From: Vulcanimicrobiota bacterium
GTDB lineage: Bacteria > Vulcanimicrobiota > Vulcanimicrobiia > Vulcanimicrobiales > Vulcanimicrobiaceae
Reading direction: 5' to 3'
Assembly: GCA_963777315.1 (NCBI GenBank)
Contig: CAVZQC010000002.1
Location: forward strand, 64,001 to 128,000
Length of the DNA stretch: 64,000 nt
Shown here piece after piece: positions 51,401 through 62,254 of this stretch. A program made the translations under genes and the position numbers. Under the pieces are notes generated by a model. The model was not told the origin of the DNA, did not search any database, and saw nothing but the letters and a program-made list of their open reading frames with translations. Positions within the stretch are counted from its first letter, which is position 1. Every line of letters starts with the position of its first letter.

Positions 51401-51697
51401 AAGACATGCATCGGAGGGAGCCCATTGGATCGAGCTTGCAGTGGTCCGGACCGATCCCTGCGCATCTTCCAGCGCTTCTCGGAGCTGATGCAGGAACTGG
51501 CGAAGATTGTTGCGCGCATTGGACTCGGTAGCATCCGGCCAAAAGAGAAACGCAACTTGGGAACGCGACAGCGGCGCGTCGGCGTGGAGCACCAAGTACG
51601 CGAGCAGCGATTGAAGTCGCCCACCGGTCAGCTTTGGTAGAGGACGCCCGTCTAGCGCGGCGCCGAATTGCCCCAGAAGCCGAATCCGAAGTTCCAT
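48440..51697 (-). CDS. SARP-family BTAD-AAA-TPR regulator
   Basis: LRIRLLG, GEAGIGKS, IDDLQWCD, TEGNPLF, FTHDKLRE; C-terminal ELHRLRG...LELRAA. Confidence 0.92.
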   Translation of the reverse strand: MELRIRLLGQFGAALDGRPLPKLTGGRLQSLLAYLVLHADAPLSRSQVAFLFWPDATESNARNNLRQFLHQLREALEDAQGSVRTTASSIQWAPSDACLADATAFQEAIAEAGRARSSGDTPRTRSNLELALKLCAGPLLPSCYDDWIVPERDRLARQCKLAVQQLVECVEATREYETAIPYVEHWRRHDPSDEEAYRCLMRLHALCDDRIAALRVFRECREALRREFDAEPSEQTLRLHGRIQEGDRTGDTGAPARPGYAPSPPLVGRADEWLVLRKTWDAAASGTARFALIAGEAGIGKSRLAAELVSWAIRQGLAAATTRCYAAEGRLALAPVTDLLRSEALRSNLHTLEDVWFAEVSRVVPELATERRDSPPPAFGERRRLFEGLARAVMSAPSPLLLVIDDLQWCDLETLQWLHFLLRFDAAASLLVVGTVRSEELSRSHAVHDFKLRLSEESALTEISLEPLNPDETVALASQVASRPFDADAATRLYGETEGNPLFVVEMMRADGGRALDETSNRSALPPRVHAVIARRLAQLSEIARQVVSAAATLARPFNPSILAQTVRCSDRELIAALDELWQKRILRERQANTYDFTHDKLREVAYEGISAPERRSLHRIVARALEAADGPELDRVSGQIARHFDRAGLAEMAIPYYIRASAAAQSMYANGEAQVLAERGLALALALPESSKRDSWELELQLVRAPILRTTSGWTTPALEEVLHRALALSDKVGSLPQRSQVLHGLQSLYIVQGKHDRAQAITDEIADLLRYGPGGERPLSAIAMMVGAQLARGRFHEAIAEWEDLLGNFDPRQLQHLQDSQGLNYRVLTCAWQSHALWCVGRPQTALERCSEATRLALELKQPFNQVIASTYLALLQQLRADSSTFRHQAEDALRLSNQFEAPYYRAWSSILVAYATACDRPCAESIGEVREAIDHFTSTGARMRLSYYLALLADVCQRAHEPDRGLVVLEEALGAARETGERWWDAELHRLRGDLLIERGAGTNEAGAAYRRALEIARAQQAKSLELRAALSVARLWRSSPMAEESNRRLRRTLESFTEGFDTPDLMRARSLLADRAELTIR

Positions 51698-51849
51698 GGC
51701 ACAGCCTCCGCAACGATGCTTCGCGCCGCCGGCGGAGTCTCTTTCCGGCTGGATTGGTTACGCGTGGTTACACGCGTTTTGAAGCCATGCCGGCGGCGGT
51801 GAAGATGGGATGCTTTGCTCACCCTCGTGAGTCTCGCGTTTAGCTGGTC

Positions 51850-52327
51850 TCACCGAAAATAGTTTTCCCAAAGTTCGTCGCCGCCGTAGTTTTGCCGTTG
51901 AATTGCAATCAGGTCGTTCAACCGCTTCCAAGCGCCGATAATCAGCGAGTGAAAGACGTCGTAGATGACATCGGAGTTTAGCAGCTTGTGCCGAACTAAT
52001 GCGCCAACCTCTTCGTACGTGTGCAGCAAGAATCGTTCTTTATGGACGGAAAAATCAAGATTCGAGACGTTTTCCGCGTCGCATCGGTAGCATTCGTCTC
52101 GTAACCGATCGCCGAGCTCGTTGAAAACGAAGTGCTGGGCTTCTTGAAACTGCCGGCTGCGAAAGATTTCGTAAACTTTCAGTGCCCCGTCGAGCTGCGT
52201 CGCACTCTGAAAATGCTCCAGCTGGCGATTCATTGCGCGCAGTCTGTCGAGATCCCACGACAACCGTGACGGCGATGACTACACCGGTAAACACCGTAGC
52301 GAGTGCACCGATCGCTTCCCATATCAT
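51850..52327 (-). CDS. DUF4760-like membrane-anchored protein; +1 frameshift at 52241-52245
   Basis: N-terminal TM (MIWEAIGALATVFTGVVIAVTVVVGSRQ) joins LRAMNRQLEH... after deleting one base; YEEVGALVRHKLL, LWEN. Confidence 0.65.
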
Positions 52328-52514
52328 TGGGAAATTGGATACCAGCGAGGAGCGATCAGTTCCTTGGATTATAGATTATGTTCTCCGCGAGCTGCGCGAA
52401 AGCGTTGGGCTCTCCAAAATGCCTGGTGTCGTCGACTCGGATATGGACATCGTGTCGGCCAACGTTTCGTTCTTTCGGTGAGAAGTTTGGCAAAATGAAT
52501 CTTGCGAACCGAAA

Positions 52515-52542
52515 CGGTGGCTCGTCGCCACCGGCTTTTTTT
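52515..52542 (+). terminator. Intrinsic terminator-like hairpin
   Basis: CGGTGGC-TCGTC-GCCACCG followed by a T7 tract. Confidence 0.5.
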
Positions 52543-52739
52543 GCAGCGTCTAAGGCGTCATCGGAAACGCCGAGGACGAAATCGGTCGACGCACTGTGCG
52601 CGTGCGAGATCGATTCGCAGCGGCCCAAGCGCTTCGCGAGCGAAGCAGCCGGTGCGGTCGACGAGCTTGCGCACCGCCGGCCAAGTAGGGTTGCCTCCCC
52701 ATACGCGCCTTAGAAAATGGACGCTATCATGGTTCTGCA

Positions 52740-54083
52740 ATGAATGTTTACTTTCGTATCATCCTTACCGTGACGCTCATTGGGTGCAGCCTCTGGGGGC
52801 TCGCTGTTCCGCACGCCTCTGCGGGTACGGACGGGGCTTTTCAGATCACGGCAAACCCCCACGGCGGCACCATCCTTACCGGAACCCTAGGGAGTTCGTC
52901 GCTCCCCGCCGCGACCGCCACGCTCATGCGCCGCGTCCACGCCGAGCTCGGCACGCGGCCGACGATTGTGCAGGTTGCACTGGACGCGCGCGATCGGTCG
53001 CTGGCGTTGCTCTTCACCGCTGCTCGCCGCGGGACGCGGTATACCGGCGTCGCGATCGTGACGGCGAGCGCGGGCGCGCAGGCCGCCGGTGCAGCGCTGT
53101 ACGATACCACGGCCCGTTTTCACTCGACGGTCGGTCCGATGATGCACCGACTTCAAGGAATGACCGTCCGACCGCCGTCCAGCGCCTCGAATCGGTCCAT
53201 ACGGTTTGCTCCGCCCGAGCCGCTGATCCCGCACGCCTTCGCCGACGGTACCGGAAGCATCGGCATCCCCGCGGACTGGTCGCTGACAGTCGCGGGCGGT
53301 GGCAGCGCAGCGGCGGTCGGGCCCGCCGGCGGAGCGCAGGTTTCGTACAACATGGCCTTTACCGGGATCGATCCTTCGAACCGGCGCGCGCAAATGTTCT
53401 TGCGAATGGGATCGCCCCTGCAACGTCAGAACCTGCACGGCGCCGTGCTGCCCTACACCGGCGATCCCGTCGGCTCTTGGAAAGCCATGTACACGGTCCT
53501 GGCTCAGCAGCGGGGGCTGCCTCAACCGCAGATTCACGTGATCAGCTCGACCTCGTCAGGTCAATCGGCCGCCGACATCACCGGAACGCTAGGCACCGGA
53601 CCCAAGATGATACACTTCATCGCGCACGTATTGGTGCTGCCGCCGAATCCTAACGGTATGTGGAAGCTCTCCGACAGCCATATCTTCGTAAAGGATGCGC
53701 AGCTGGCTAGACAGGCCGCGACCGCAAAAGCGGTGCTCGAGAGCGTGCGGATCAACTTCGGCGTCCTAGCCGCTCAAGAGGACGCGATTCGGCAAAGCTT
53801 CCAGCGGCAGTTCGAGGCGCAGATCGCCAACGACAGGGCGCTCGATGCGGCGCGCCAGCAGCGAACCGATGAAGCGCTGGCGTCCGACCGGGCGGCTCAA
53901 GAAGGCATGCACCGACAGGCCGTCGCTATGGAGAACTACTCGCTCGATCGTGCGGTCGTCGTCGACACGGCGACGGGGGTGCACAGCACCGTCGATTCCG
54001 GATTCGCGGCTACGCTCGTTCACGATAATCCGAACTATCAGCAGGTTCCCGCAGCCAACCTCCTACGCGGCGTCGACTACTAG
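52740..54083 (+). CDS. Secreted hypothetical protein with a C-terminal helical region
   Basis: 447-aa ORF; signal peptide ending in PHASA; TATCAT -10-like box upstream. Confidence 0.75.
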   Translation: MNVYFRIILTVTLIGCSLWGLAVPHASAGTDGAFQITANPHGGTILTGTLGSSSLPAATATLMRRVHAELGTRPTIVQVALDARDRSLALLFTAARRGTRYTGVAIVTASAGAQAAGAALYDTTARFHSTVGPMMHRLQGMTVRPPSSASNRSIRFAPPEPLIPHAFADGTGSIGIPADWSLTVAGGGSAAAVGPAGGAQVSYNMAFTGIDPSNRRAQMFLRMGSPLQRQNLHGAVLPYTGDPVGSWKAMYTVLAQQRGLPQPQIHVISSTSSGQSAADITGTLGTGPKMIHFIAHVLVLPPNPNGMWKLSDSHIFVKDAQLARQAATAKAVLESVRINFGVLAAQEDAIRQSFQRQFEAQIANDRALDAARQQRTDEALASDRAAQEGMHRQAVAMENYSLDRAVVVDTATGVHSTVDSGFAATLVHDNPNYQQVPAANLLRGVDY

Positions 54084-54087
54084 GAAC

Positions 54088-54795
54088 ATGGTGTACGCCG
54101 GCGCGGCGGCAACGAAGGGGGTGCGGTGGAGATTCAATATCGCAACTCGGATCTGCATCGGAATCTTGGCCGCGTTCATGTTCGGATTCGCGGCCCTGCT
54201 GTTCGCTCTGCCGTTTGCATTCGGCAGCGACCGCAGCGGCGACTGGATTGTGGTGCTGACCGGACTCGCGCTGATGGGGTTCGGTGTCTTCGCGACGTTC
54301 GGCCTGATCGCCGCCGTGCGAACCAGCATCGCGCTCGACGCGAAAACGCTCGACGCAACAGTGGTCACCGGGCACAACGCGCTCTTGGCCCCGCAGTTCC
54401 GTGAAGTGCACCTGCCGTTCTCGGAGATCCGGACAGTCGAGCGCCGCTGCGAGGTATTCCGGACGCTGGGTTTCTTCACGACGCGCGAGGCGCTGTCTAT
54501 CGTAACGACCGGCGGCGAGCGGATCGGCTTGTTCAGCAACACGCTGGGGAATGTGAGCACGCTGCCCATCGACGAAGTCGCCGACGCCGTAGCCGCAGCC
54601 GCCGGGATCGCCGTGACCGACGACGGCACCGTTCGCACGAAGGGGTCCGGACTCTACGGCGCCGCGTCGTCGTCTTGGAGTGAACGCCCGCTCGATGCAG
54701 CGAGTGCAAGTAAAGCGCAGCGCATGGCGATCGCAACGGCGCGCATTTGCACCGCGTTGCTGCTGCTTACGCTCGTGCTGCGCGCCTGCTTCTGA
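54088..54795 (+). CDS. Membrane protein (3 TM helices, possible PH-like domain)
   Basis: ATG 4 nt after the upstream stop; two N-terminal and one C-terminal hydrophobic helix. Confidence 0.7.
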   Translation: MVYAGAAATKGVRWRFNIATRICIGILAAFMFGFAALLFALPFAFGSDRSGDWIVVLTGLALMGFGVFATFGLIAAVRTSIALDAKTLDATVVTGHNALLAPQFREVHLPFSEIRTVERRCEVFRTLGFFTTREALSIVTTGGERIGLFSNTLGNVSTLPIDEVADAVAAAAGIAVTDDGTVRTKGSGLYGAASSSWSERPLDAASASKAQRMAIATARICTALLLLTLVLRACF

Positions 54796-54820
54796 CCGGC
54801 GCTCACGGCACGGAGCTTTC

Positions 54821-54895
54821 TGGTAGCGCCAACGGGAATCGAACCCGTCTTTCCGCCTTGAAAGGGCAGTGTCCTAACCGATAGACGATGGCGCC
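54821..54895 (-). tRNA. tRNA-Glu(TTC)
   Basis: Cloverleaf GGCGCCA...anticodon loop CTTTCAA...GGTTCGATTCC...CCA. Confidence 0.95.
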
Positions 54896-54906
54896 GCAAG
54901 GCGTCC

Positions 54907-55674
54907 TTAATTCAACACGGGATTCAATGGACTGTCAACCGGTTCCCCGGGCTCCACCCCCGGCATGAAGGCCTCCCAATCCGCCACGTGCTGCTTTCGG
55001 CGAGGTTCGACGAGGCGAATTCCGTCTTCCATATAGATGACCGTCATAACCGCGCGGGCGCGCTGCGACGTGTTCGCGCCGGTATGGTGGAATGTCCAGC
55101 CGGAGTGGAAACTCACTTCTCCGAGCGCGAACGACTCGCGCACTTCGCGAAAACGGCCGGATTCGAGCGCTTGCCGCAAGCTGCGTTCGCTTTCGTCCCC
55201 GATCTCCAAGTCGCGCCCCAGCGTCATGCGATGGCTGCCGGCGGCAAAGGCGAGCGGCCCCATCTCCAGCGGCGTCTCCTGCAGCGGCACCCAAGCGGTG
55301 ATCGTCTTGTGGCTCGAGAGCGGCCAATAGAATTGATCGGCATGCCAGGGCGTAATGCCGCCGTCCGGCTCTTTATACAAGGCTTGATCGTGATACAGCC
55401 GCACCCGCGCGCCGAGCAATCGTGCAGCGATCGACGCGAGCCGCTTACTGAAAACGAACTCGCGCGCAATCGCATTGGTGCGCCACAGATTTGTGACCTG
55501 CAAGAATGCGCGGCCATACGTGTCCCGTTCGGACAGCGGCGCAGTGGCGCTGTTGCGGCGCCGGACTTCAGCCGAAATGTGCTCGCGATAATACGTAAGC
55601 AGCCCGGCATCGAAGACGTTCTTGACCTTGACGAAACCGTCGCGTTCGTACGAGCTGCGATACGATGAGTCCAG
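54907..55674 (-). CDS. Phytanoyl-CoA dioxygenase family Fe(II)/2-oxoglutarate oxygenase
   Basis: YERDGFV, TPWHAD (HxD), WVPL, GEVSFH...HHTGAN...R. Start uncertain. Confidence 0.85.
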   Translation of the reverse strand: MDSSYRSSYERDGFVKVKNVFDAGLLTYYREHISAEVRRRNSATAPLSERDTYGRAFLQVTNLWRTNAIAREFVFSKRLASIAARLLGARVRLYHDQALYKEPDGGITPWHADQFYWPLSSHKTITAWVPLQETPLEMGPLAFAAGSHRMTLGRDLEIGDESERSLRQALESGRFREVRESFALGEVSFHSGWTFHHTGANTSQRARAVMTVIYMEDGIRLVEPRRKQHVADWEAFMPGVEPGEPVDSPLNPVLN

Positions 55675-55676
55675 CG

Positions 55677-56174
55677 CTAGCCGCCGGCCGAGGGCCTCCC
55701 GACGGGCGCTTGCGGCGCGATCATCGTCTTGGACACTTGACCCTTCGCCGGAGACGCAGGCGTGACGTTCGCCGTCAGCACCGGTTTCTGTCCCGCCGTT
55801 CCAATCGTCAGGGTCCCGGTTCCGTTTTTGCTCGTACGCGTCCATTTGATCACCAATACGTTGGCATGGCCTCGCATGCCGCCGGTAATATCCAACGCCT
55901 TGTTGGGCCAGCTGATCGTGCCGATCGGTTTACCGTTGGCCCACAGTTCGAAGGTTACGTCCTTGAGGTGGGCGCCGGTCTTGGCAAAATATTTCTCGCC
56001 CGGGCCGCTGCTGAGCGACTGATCGGGAGCTGCGGTCGAATTTGCCTGCGCCATCGTGGTGTTGGACGGCACGGGAGTTTGGCCGCCGGTGCTGCGCGTG
56101 CTCGGATGGCATCCCGACACGCATGCCGCCAATGCCAAAACGCCGAGCGAGCGAAAAATGACGGTTCGTTGCAT
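55677..56174 (-). CDS. Hypothetical lipoprotein
   Basis: Signal peptide with lipobox-like LAAC/VSGC, followed by a beta-rich domain. Confidence 0.7.
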   Translation of the reverse strand: MQRTVIFRSLGVLALAACVSGCHPSTRSTGGQTPVPSNTTMAQANSTAAPDQSLSSGPGEKYFAKTGAHLKDVTFELWANGKPIGTISWPNKALDITGGMRGHANVLVIKWTRTSKNGTGTLTIGTAGQKPVLTANVTPASPAKGQVSKTMIAPQAPVGRPSAGG

Positions 56175-56212
56175 GCTCGGTCATTCCACGCGTCCCGGGC
56201 GTTAAACTCCTG

Positions 56213-56284
56213 TGGGCCCGGTAGGATTCGAACCTACGCGCAACCAGTTATGAGCCGGCCGCTCTACCGCTGAGCTACGGGCCC
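56213..56284 (-). tRNA. tRNA with CAT anticodon, probably tRNA-Ile2 (elongator Met not excluded)
   Basis: GGGCCCG acceptor with G1-C72 pair (not initiator); loop CTCATAA; GGTTCGAATCC; CCA not encoded. Confidence 0.88.
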
Positions 56285-56378
56285 GGTAGGCAATCTGCAG
56301 CATGATATGCTGCACGCAATGCACATACAGGCGCGGCGCAGCCTTTCCTGCCGTGGCTCGGCGGAATGTCTTGCAGCG

Positions 56379-58164
<1,786 letters not shown>

Positions 58165-58221
58165 ACCGCGCCTGAAATACGGGCCGCGGGCAAGGCAAGC
58201 CTGCACCGCGAAGGCGCCCGA

Positions 58222-58962
58222 GTGAGCCGCTTTTCCCGCATTTCGCGCGTCGCCGTTACGGCAAGCACCAACGAGGACATGGCGCGCATTCTGGGCAGCG
58301 AGCGCGGACGCGGACTGACGTTGGTCGCCGATTATCAAACGCATGGAAGCGGCCGTAAGGGGCGATCCTGGATCGCGCCGCCCGGCACCGCACTGCTGTG
58401 CACGATAGGATTACCGGATCGGCTTCGCTCGAGCGAGGTCTGGATCGTGCCGTTTTGGACGGCGTACGTCGTGTGCAGCGCGCTGCGCGCTTACGACGTC
58501 GATACGACTCTGCAGTGGCCCAACGACGTGCTCGCGTCCGACGGTGCAAAACTGGCCGGCATCTTGTGCGTTTCGCGCACCGCCGGCGACGATGCCTGGG
58601 CCGGATGCGGAATCGGCATCAACGTCAACCATCCTACCGATGAGTCGGCCTTTGCCGCGCTGGATTCGCGCCCCGCGTTCGTAAACGACTTTACGTCTGC
58701 GACCGTCGACGAGGTGCTGCAGACGCTGCTGCGCACCGCCGACCGGTATTACGATCTGTTGCAGCAGCCGAAGCGCGTCGTCGAATACTGGCATGCGTGC
58801 GCGAACGTACCGGGCACCCGCTATCGCATTCTGCTCGATGGTGGGACGGAGCCGTTCGAGGCGACCGCGCTCACATTACTTCCCGGCGGCGCGCTGCTGG
58901 TAGACCACTCAGGCCGGCAGCGGACGATATCGCTTGCGGACGCGCGCATCGTGCGTCCGTAG
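58222..58962 (+). CDS. birA: Biotin--acetyl-CoA-carboxylase ligase (no HTH domain)
   Basis: [33 protein letters not shown]. Confidence 0.9.
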   Translation: MSRFSRISRVAVTASTNEDMARILGSERGRGLTLVADYQTHGSGRKGRSWIAPPGTALLCTIGLPDRLRSSEVWIVPFWTAYVVCSALRAYDVDTTLQWPNDVLASDGAKLAGILCVSRTAGDDAWAGCGIGINVNHPTDESAFAALDSRPAFVNDFTSATVDEVLQTLLRTADRYYDLLQQPKRVVEYWHACANVPGTRYRILLDGGTEPFEATALTLLPGGALLVDHSGRQRTISLADARIVRP

Positions 58963-58965
58963 CGA

Positions 58966-59181
58966 TTATTTCACCACGCCTCCAAGCGCGATATTCGCAC
59001 CCTTGATCGCGGTTACGGCCGTGCCTTCCACGCCCCCGTCGATGCTCAGGCACAAATTCGACGCCGAATTCACGCTCGACGGTTTGGGAATCATCTTCGC
59101 CGTAACGCCGGCGTCCTTGAGCGTCTTGGTGGCGATCATGGTGTCGGCGTTGTTGGAGAAAAACAGGATGACGTCAGCCAC
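58966..59181 (-). CDS. DUF3343-like small protein
   Basis: ILFFSNNADTM...MIPKPSSV...CL pattern. Confidence 0.6.
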   Translation of the reverse strand: MADVILFFSNNADTMIATKTLKDAGVTAKMIPKPSSVNSASNLCLSIDGGVEGTAVTAIKGANIALGGVVK

Positions 59182-59184
59182 GGC

Positions 59185-60513
59185 TCATGCCTGCTTCGCA
59201 GAACCGCCGTGCACGAGCGTATCCAATCCGGACGCCACGTCGTTCAGCTCCGCAACGCGCGCCACGGCCTGCTGCAGTCGATCGCTCATCTCTTGGGACA
59301 GCGTATCGATGACGATCATGTCGCCGTGCAGTTCGTCGTTGACCGCGCGCAGCTGCGCGACCTTGGGAACGTCCGCGCCGGCATCGAGTTCGTCGATGAG
59401 CCGCCCCGCTCGTTCGACCGCCGCCTTGGTGGCCGCCACGTGATCGCCGGAAACTTCTCCCCCGACGATCGCAACGCCGAGCTCCTTGGCCGCCGCGCTG
59501 ACTTGTTCGCTGCGCTGGCCGATCGCTTTCGACAGGCGCTGCACGACCGGCACAGCCGCAACCAGCGCAATGAGCATGGCGACGAAGCCCCACAGCATGA
59601 ACGTTTCGGTCATGTGGTCGATGATCGCGGTGATCTGCGACATCGGCATGCCGTACCAGCGCGCACCGATCACGTTCTTCTGATCGTCGGTTATCGGGTC
59701 GAGCCGGGCAAGGTATACCGTGCCGCCTTCGCTGTCCGCGCCGACCCACGGTTTCGCGTCGGTCAGTGAAGCGAACCGCGAAACGCGCGTGTCGATCAGG
59801 CGCGTGCCGTCGGGCTGGCTGATCGTGCTCGAAACGATCGCATCCCCATCGAGCACCGCGGTTTGGCCGCCCAGCGCGCTTGTGCTTGCGTCAACCAAGT
59901 CGTAGAAATGGTTCATCAAAATGCCGCCGTAAATCGCTCCCAGCGTGCGTTCGTTTTGATCGCTCATCGGTGCCGCGGCAATCAACGCCAAGCCTTTGGA
60001 AACATGCTCGACGGTACTTTGTCCGCTTTTGACGTCGGCGTCGACCTGCGGCTGCAGGCCTTCTCCGGCCAGCTCGCCGGTCGGCATGATCACCGCGCTG
60101 CTGACCGTTTCACCCGTGAGCGCGCGCTGCACGTACGTATCGCCGGCCAGCGTTCCGCCCGTTCCGCCGTTTGCGCGGGCGACGACTTTCCCCGTGCCGT
60201 CCACCACGGTCAGGAAAGAAAGGCCCGACGTTCGCGCGATATTCGAGAGCTGGTCTTGCAGCGCCGCAGCATTTCGCGTTGCCAGATTTTTGCGCAACGC
60301 ATCGGAAACCGCGTCCTGGGCAAGCAGCAGCCGGATCTGATCTTTGCGCGAATCCCAGTATCCCGAGAACGCGTTCGAACTATTGGTCACCTGCGTGCGG
60401 CCCAAATCCATCAGGTCCCCCGCCAAGGTCAAGCGTGCTGCAACCACGCTGATGATAAAAAATAGGACCATGGCACCCACGATGGTGCCGAGCAGGCGAA
60501 CCCGCAAGCTCAT
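59185..60513 (-). CDS. Cache-like sensor membrane protein with a short cytoplasmic coiled coil
   Basis: TM, extracytoplasmic domain (LTVVDGTG, RALTGE, VIGARWYG), TM, then ~110 aa; no output domain recognised. Confidence 0.75.
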   Translation of the reverse strand: MSLRVRLLGTIVGAMVLFFIISVVAARLTLAGDLMDLGRTQVTNSSNAFSGYWDSRKDQIRLLLAQDAVSDALRKNLATRNAAALQDQLSNIARTSGLSFLTVVDGTGKVVARANGGTGGTLAGDTYVQRALTGETVSSAVIMPTGELAGEGLQPQVDADVKSGQSTVEHVSKGLALIAAAPMSDQNERTLGAIYGGILMNHFYDLVDASTSALGGQTAVLDGDAIVSSTISQPDGTRLIDTRVSRFASLTDAKPWVGADSEGGTVYLARLDPITDDQKNVIGARWYGMPMSQITAIIDHMTETFMLWGFVAMLIALVAAVPVVQRLSKAIGQRSEQVSAAAKELGVAIVGGEVSGDHVAATKAAVERAGRLIDELDAGADVPKVAQLRAVNDELHGDMIVIDTLSQEMSDRLQQAVARVAELNDVASGLDTLVHGGSAKQA

Positions 60514-62150
60514 ACCGTTTCCCTTTCCGAACCCGTTTCGCTAACCTTGAATTGAGCCAGCCGGCCGTCGATGACGCCGGCGAAATCGTTCATCTGATTG
60601 ACTGAGGCCAGTATCCGCTGCGCGGCTCCCGTCACTTCCTGATTCACATAGGTGAGAACTTCGACCGACGAGGCGTTCTGCTGCGAAATTTCCGCTATGC
60701 TGCGGAACGCGGCATTGACTTCATCGGAGTGCGAGGACATCTGCTGGGTGGCTTGCACGTTCAGCTGCACGGACCGCGTGATCTCTTCGATCGAACGAAT
60801 GACCTGGTACGAATTGCTGCTCATCGCGCGCGCGACCGAAGATATCTCCGAGATCTGCTGATTGGCGCCCAGCACCGCCGAGACGATCTGGCGCAGCGCT
60901 CCCGAAGCCGAATTGGTTCCGTTCACGCCTTGCTCGACGCGTTCGGTGAGCTTGTCCATGGCGTTGACCACTTCGGTTATGACGTTTTGCGTCGAGACAA
61001 TGTGGCCGGCGATCTCTTTGGTCGCCTGAACGCTGCCGTCGGCGAGCTTGCGAATCTCCGTGGCGACGACCGCGAACCCGCGCCCGTGTTCGCCGGCGCG
61101 AGCCGCCTCGATGGCGGCGTTGAGCGCCAGCAAGTTGGTTTGCTCGGCGATGCGATCGATCACTTTGACGATGTCGCCGATCTGCTCGGAGTTGCTCCCC
61201 AGTTGGGAAATGTCGCCCGCGAGTTCGGAGATCGTGCTGCGGATCGTGTCCATGCCTTCGACGATCGTGTGGATGGCGCTGTCTCCGCGCTGCGCCGTGT
61301 GCGAAGTCTCCGTGGAGATCGACGATAGCGAGTCGACTTGCGCGGTCACCTGTTCGATCGAGGTCGCCATGTTCGTCACCGCGAGCGACGTCTCGTCGAG
61401 ACTGCGCGTCTGCTCCTCGGCGGCCGCCGCGATCGCGTCGATCGTTTCGGTGAGCTGCGCGACTTTGCGCGTGGCGTGCTCGACGATGCGGGACTGCTCG
61501 TTGATGCCGTCGTCGAGCTGTCCTTGGGCAACCGCAGCCCCTTCAATCACCGCCAGAGCCGTCGAAGCGGTCCCGTGCAGCTCGGTCCCTGCCGAACCGA
61601 GTTGCGCGTTGTTGCGATGCAGATTGTTCACGAACTCGCGCATGCCGAAGATCAGTTTGTTCAAGGCGATCGCGAGATCGTTGAGGGAATGATCCGAAAC
61701 GGCCAAATTTTTGGTAAAGTCGCCCTGCCAGACTTCGCGAATGCCCGCAGCCAGCGCCGCAATGGAACGTTCCAGCGCGAACGCAGTCGACGGACGGCTT
61801 TCGCCGGTCTTTGGGCGTGCGGCATCGTTCCCGGCGAATATGCACGCCATCCCCAGACCCACCGCTCCGAGCAGCAACGCCGAGCCCAGCGCCGCAGGCG
61901 AATGGTGCGCGCTGCGCCCCGTAAAATCGAGCGCCGCCACGACCAATGCCAGGACCGGAGCTGCCGGCATGCCCACCAGCACCGCAGCAATCGTGACCAG
62001 CGCGAGCGGAATCACTTCGAGTGCGCCGGCGCCGCTGCCATACCATACGCAAACGAAACAGGCGAGCGCGACAACTGTCGCGACGCCGATGCGAGGCATG
62101 GTCCCCAGACGCGAACGCCAAGCGGCGAGTCCGGCTTGAATCACTGGCAC
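60510..62150 (-). CDS. Methyl-accepting chemotaxis protein
   Basis: IAEQTNLLALNAAIEAARAGEHGRGFAVVATEIRKLA; N-terminal TM helices and a HAMP-like region. Confidence 0.93.
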   Translation of the reverse strand: MPVIQAGLAAWRSRLGTMPRIGVATVVALACFVCVWYGSGAGALEVIPLALVTIAAVLVGMPAAPVLALVVAALDFTGRSAHHSPAALGSALLLGAVGLGMACIFAGNDAARPKTGESRPSTAFALERSIAALAAGIREVWQGDFTKNLAVSDHSLNDLAIALNKLIFGMREFVNNLHRNNAQLGSAGTELHGTASTALAVIEGAAVAQGQLDDGINEQSRIVEHATRKVAQLTETIDAIAAAAEEQTRSLDETSLAVTNMATSIEQVTAQVDSLSSISTETSHTAQRGDSAIHTIVEGMDTIRSTISELAGDISQLGSNSEQIGDIVKVIDRIAEQTNLLALNAAIEAARAGEHGRGFAVVATEIRKLADGSVQATKEIAGHIVSTQNVITEVVNAMDKLTERVEQGVNGTNSASGALRQIVSAVLGANQQISEISSVARAMSSNSYQVIRSIEEITRSVQLNVQATQQMSSHSDEVNAAFRSIAEISQQNASSVEVLTYVNQEVTGAAQRILASVNQMNDFAGVIDGRLAQFKVSETGSERETV

Positions 62151-62254
62151 CTCAACGGTTTCGGGTGGACCCCTATCCGAATGTACGGCCCGATGCGCCG
62201 GAAAATTTAGTCGGAGAGCGGAGTAGCGGCCTCAGGAGGCAAGCGTGCGCCCTT

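Noticed and set aside
51755..51771. TGGTTAC x2 upstream of the third BTAD gene as a SARP box
   Set aside because: The period is 10 bp rather than 11 and no properly placed -10 hexamer was found.
52356..52628. Minus-strand 90-aa ORF, and a c-di-GMP riboswitch suggested by GGCAAA/GTCTAAGG
   Set aside because: The ORF has no convincing start or RBS, and the riboswitch lacks the conserved GACGCAAAG segment.
42939..54895. Prophage or integrative element at tRNA-Glu
   Set aside because: No integrase, phage or conjugation genes, and no att repeat found by eye.
56211..56213. Missing CCA on the CAT tRNA as a defect
   Set aside because: Many bacterial tRNA genes rely on CCA-adding enzyme, and a one-base sequencing loss is also possible.
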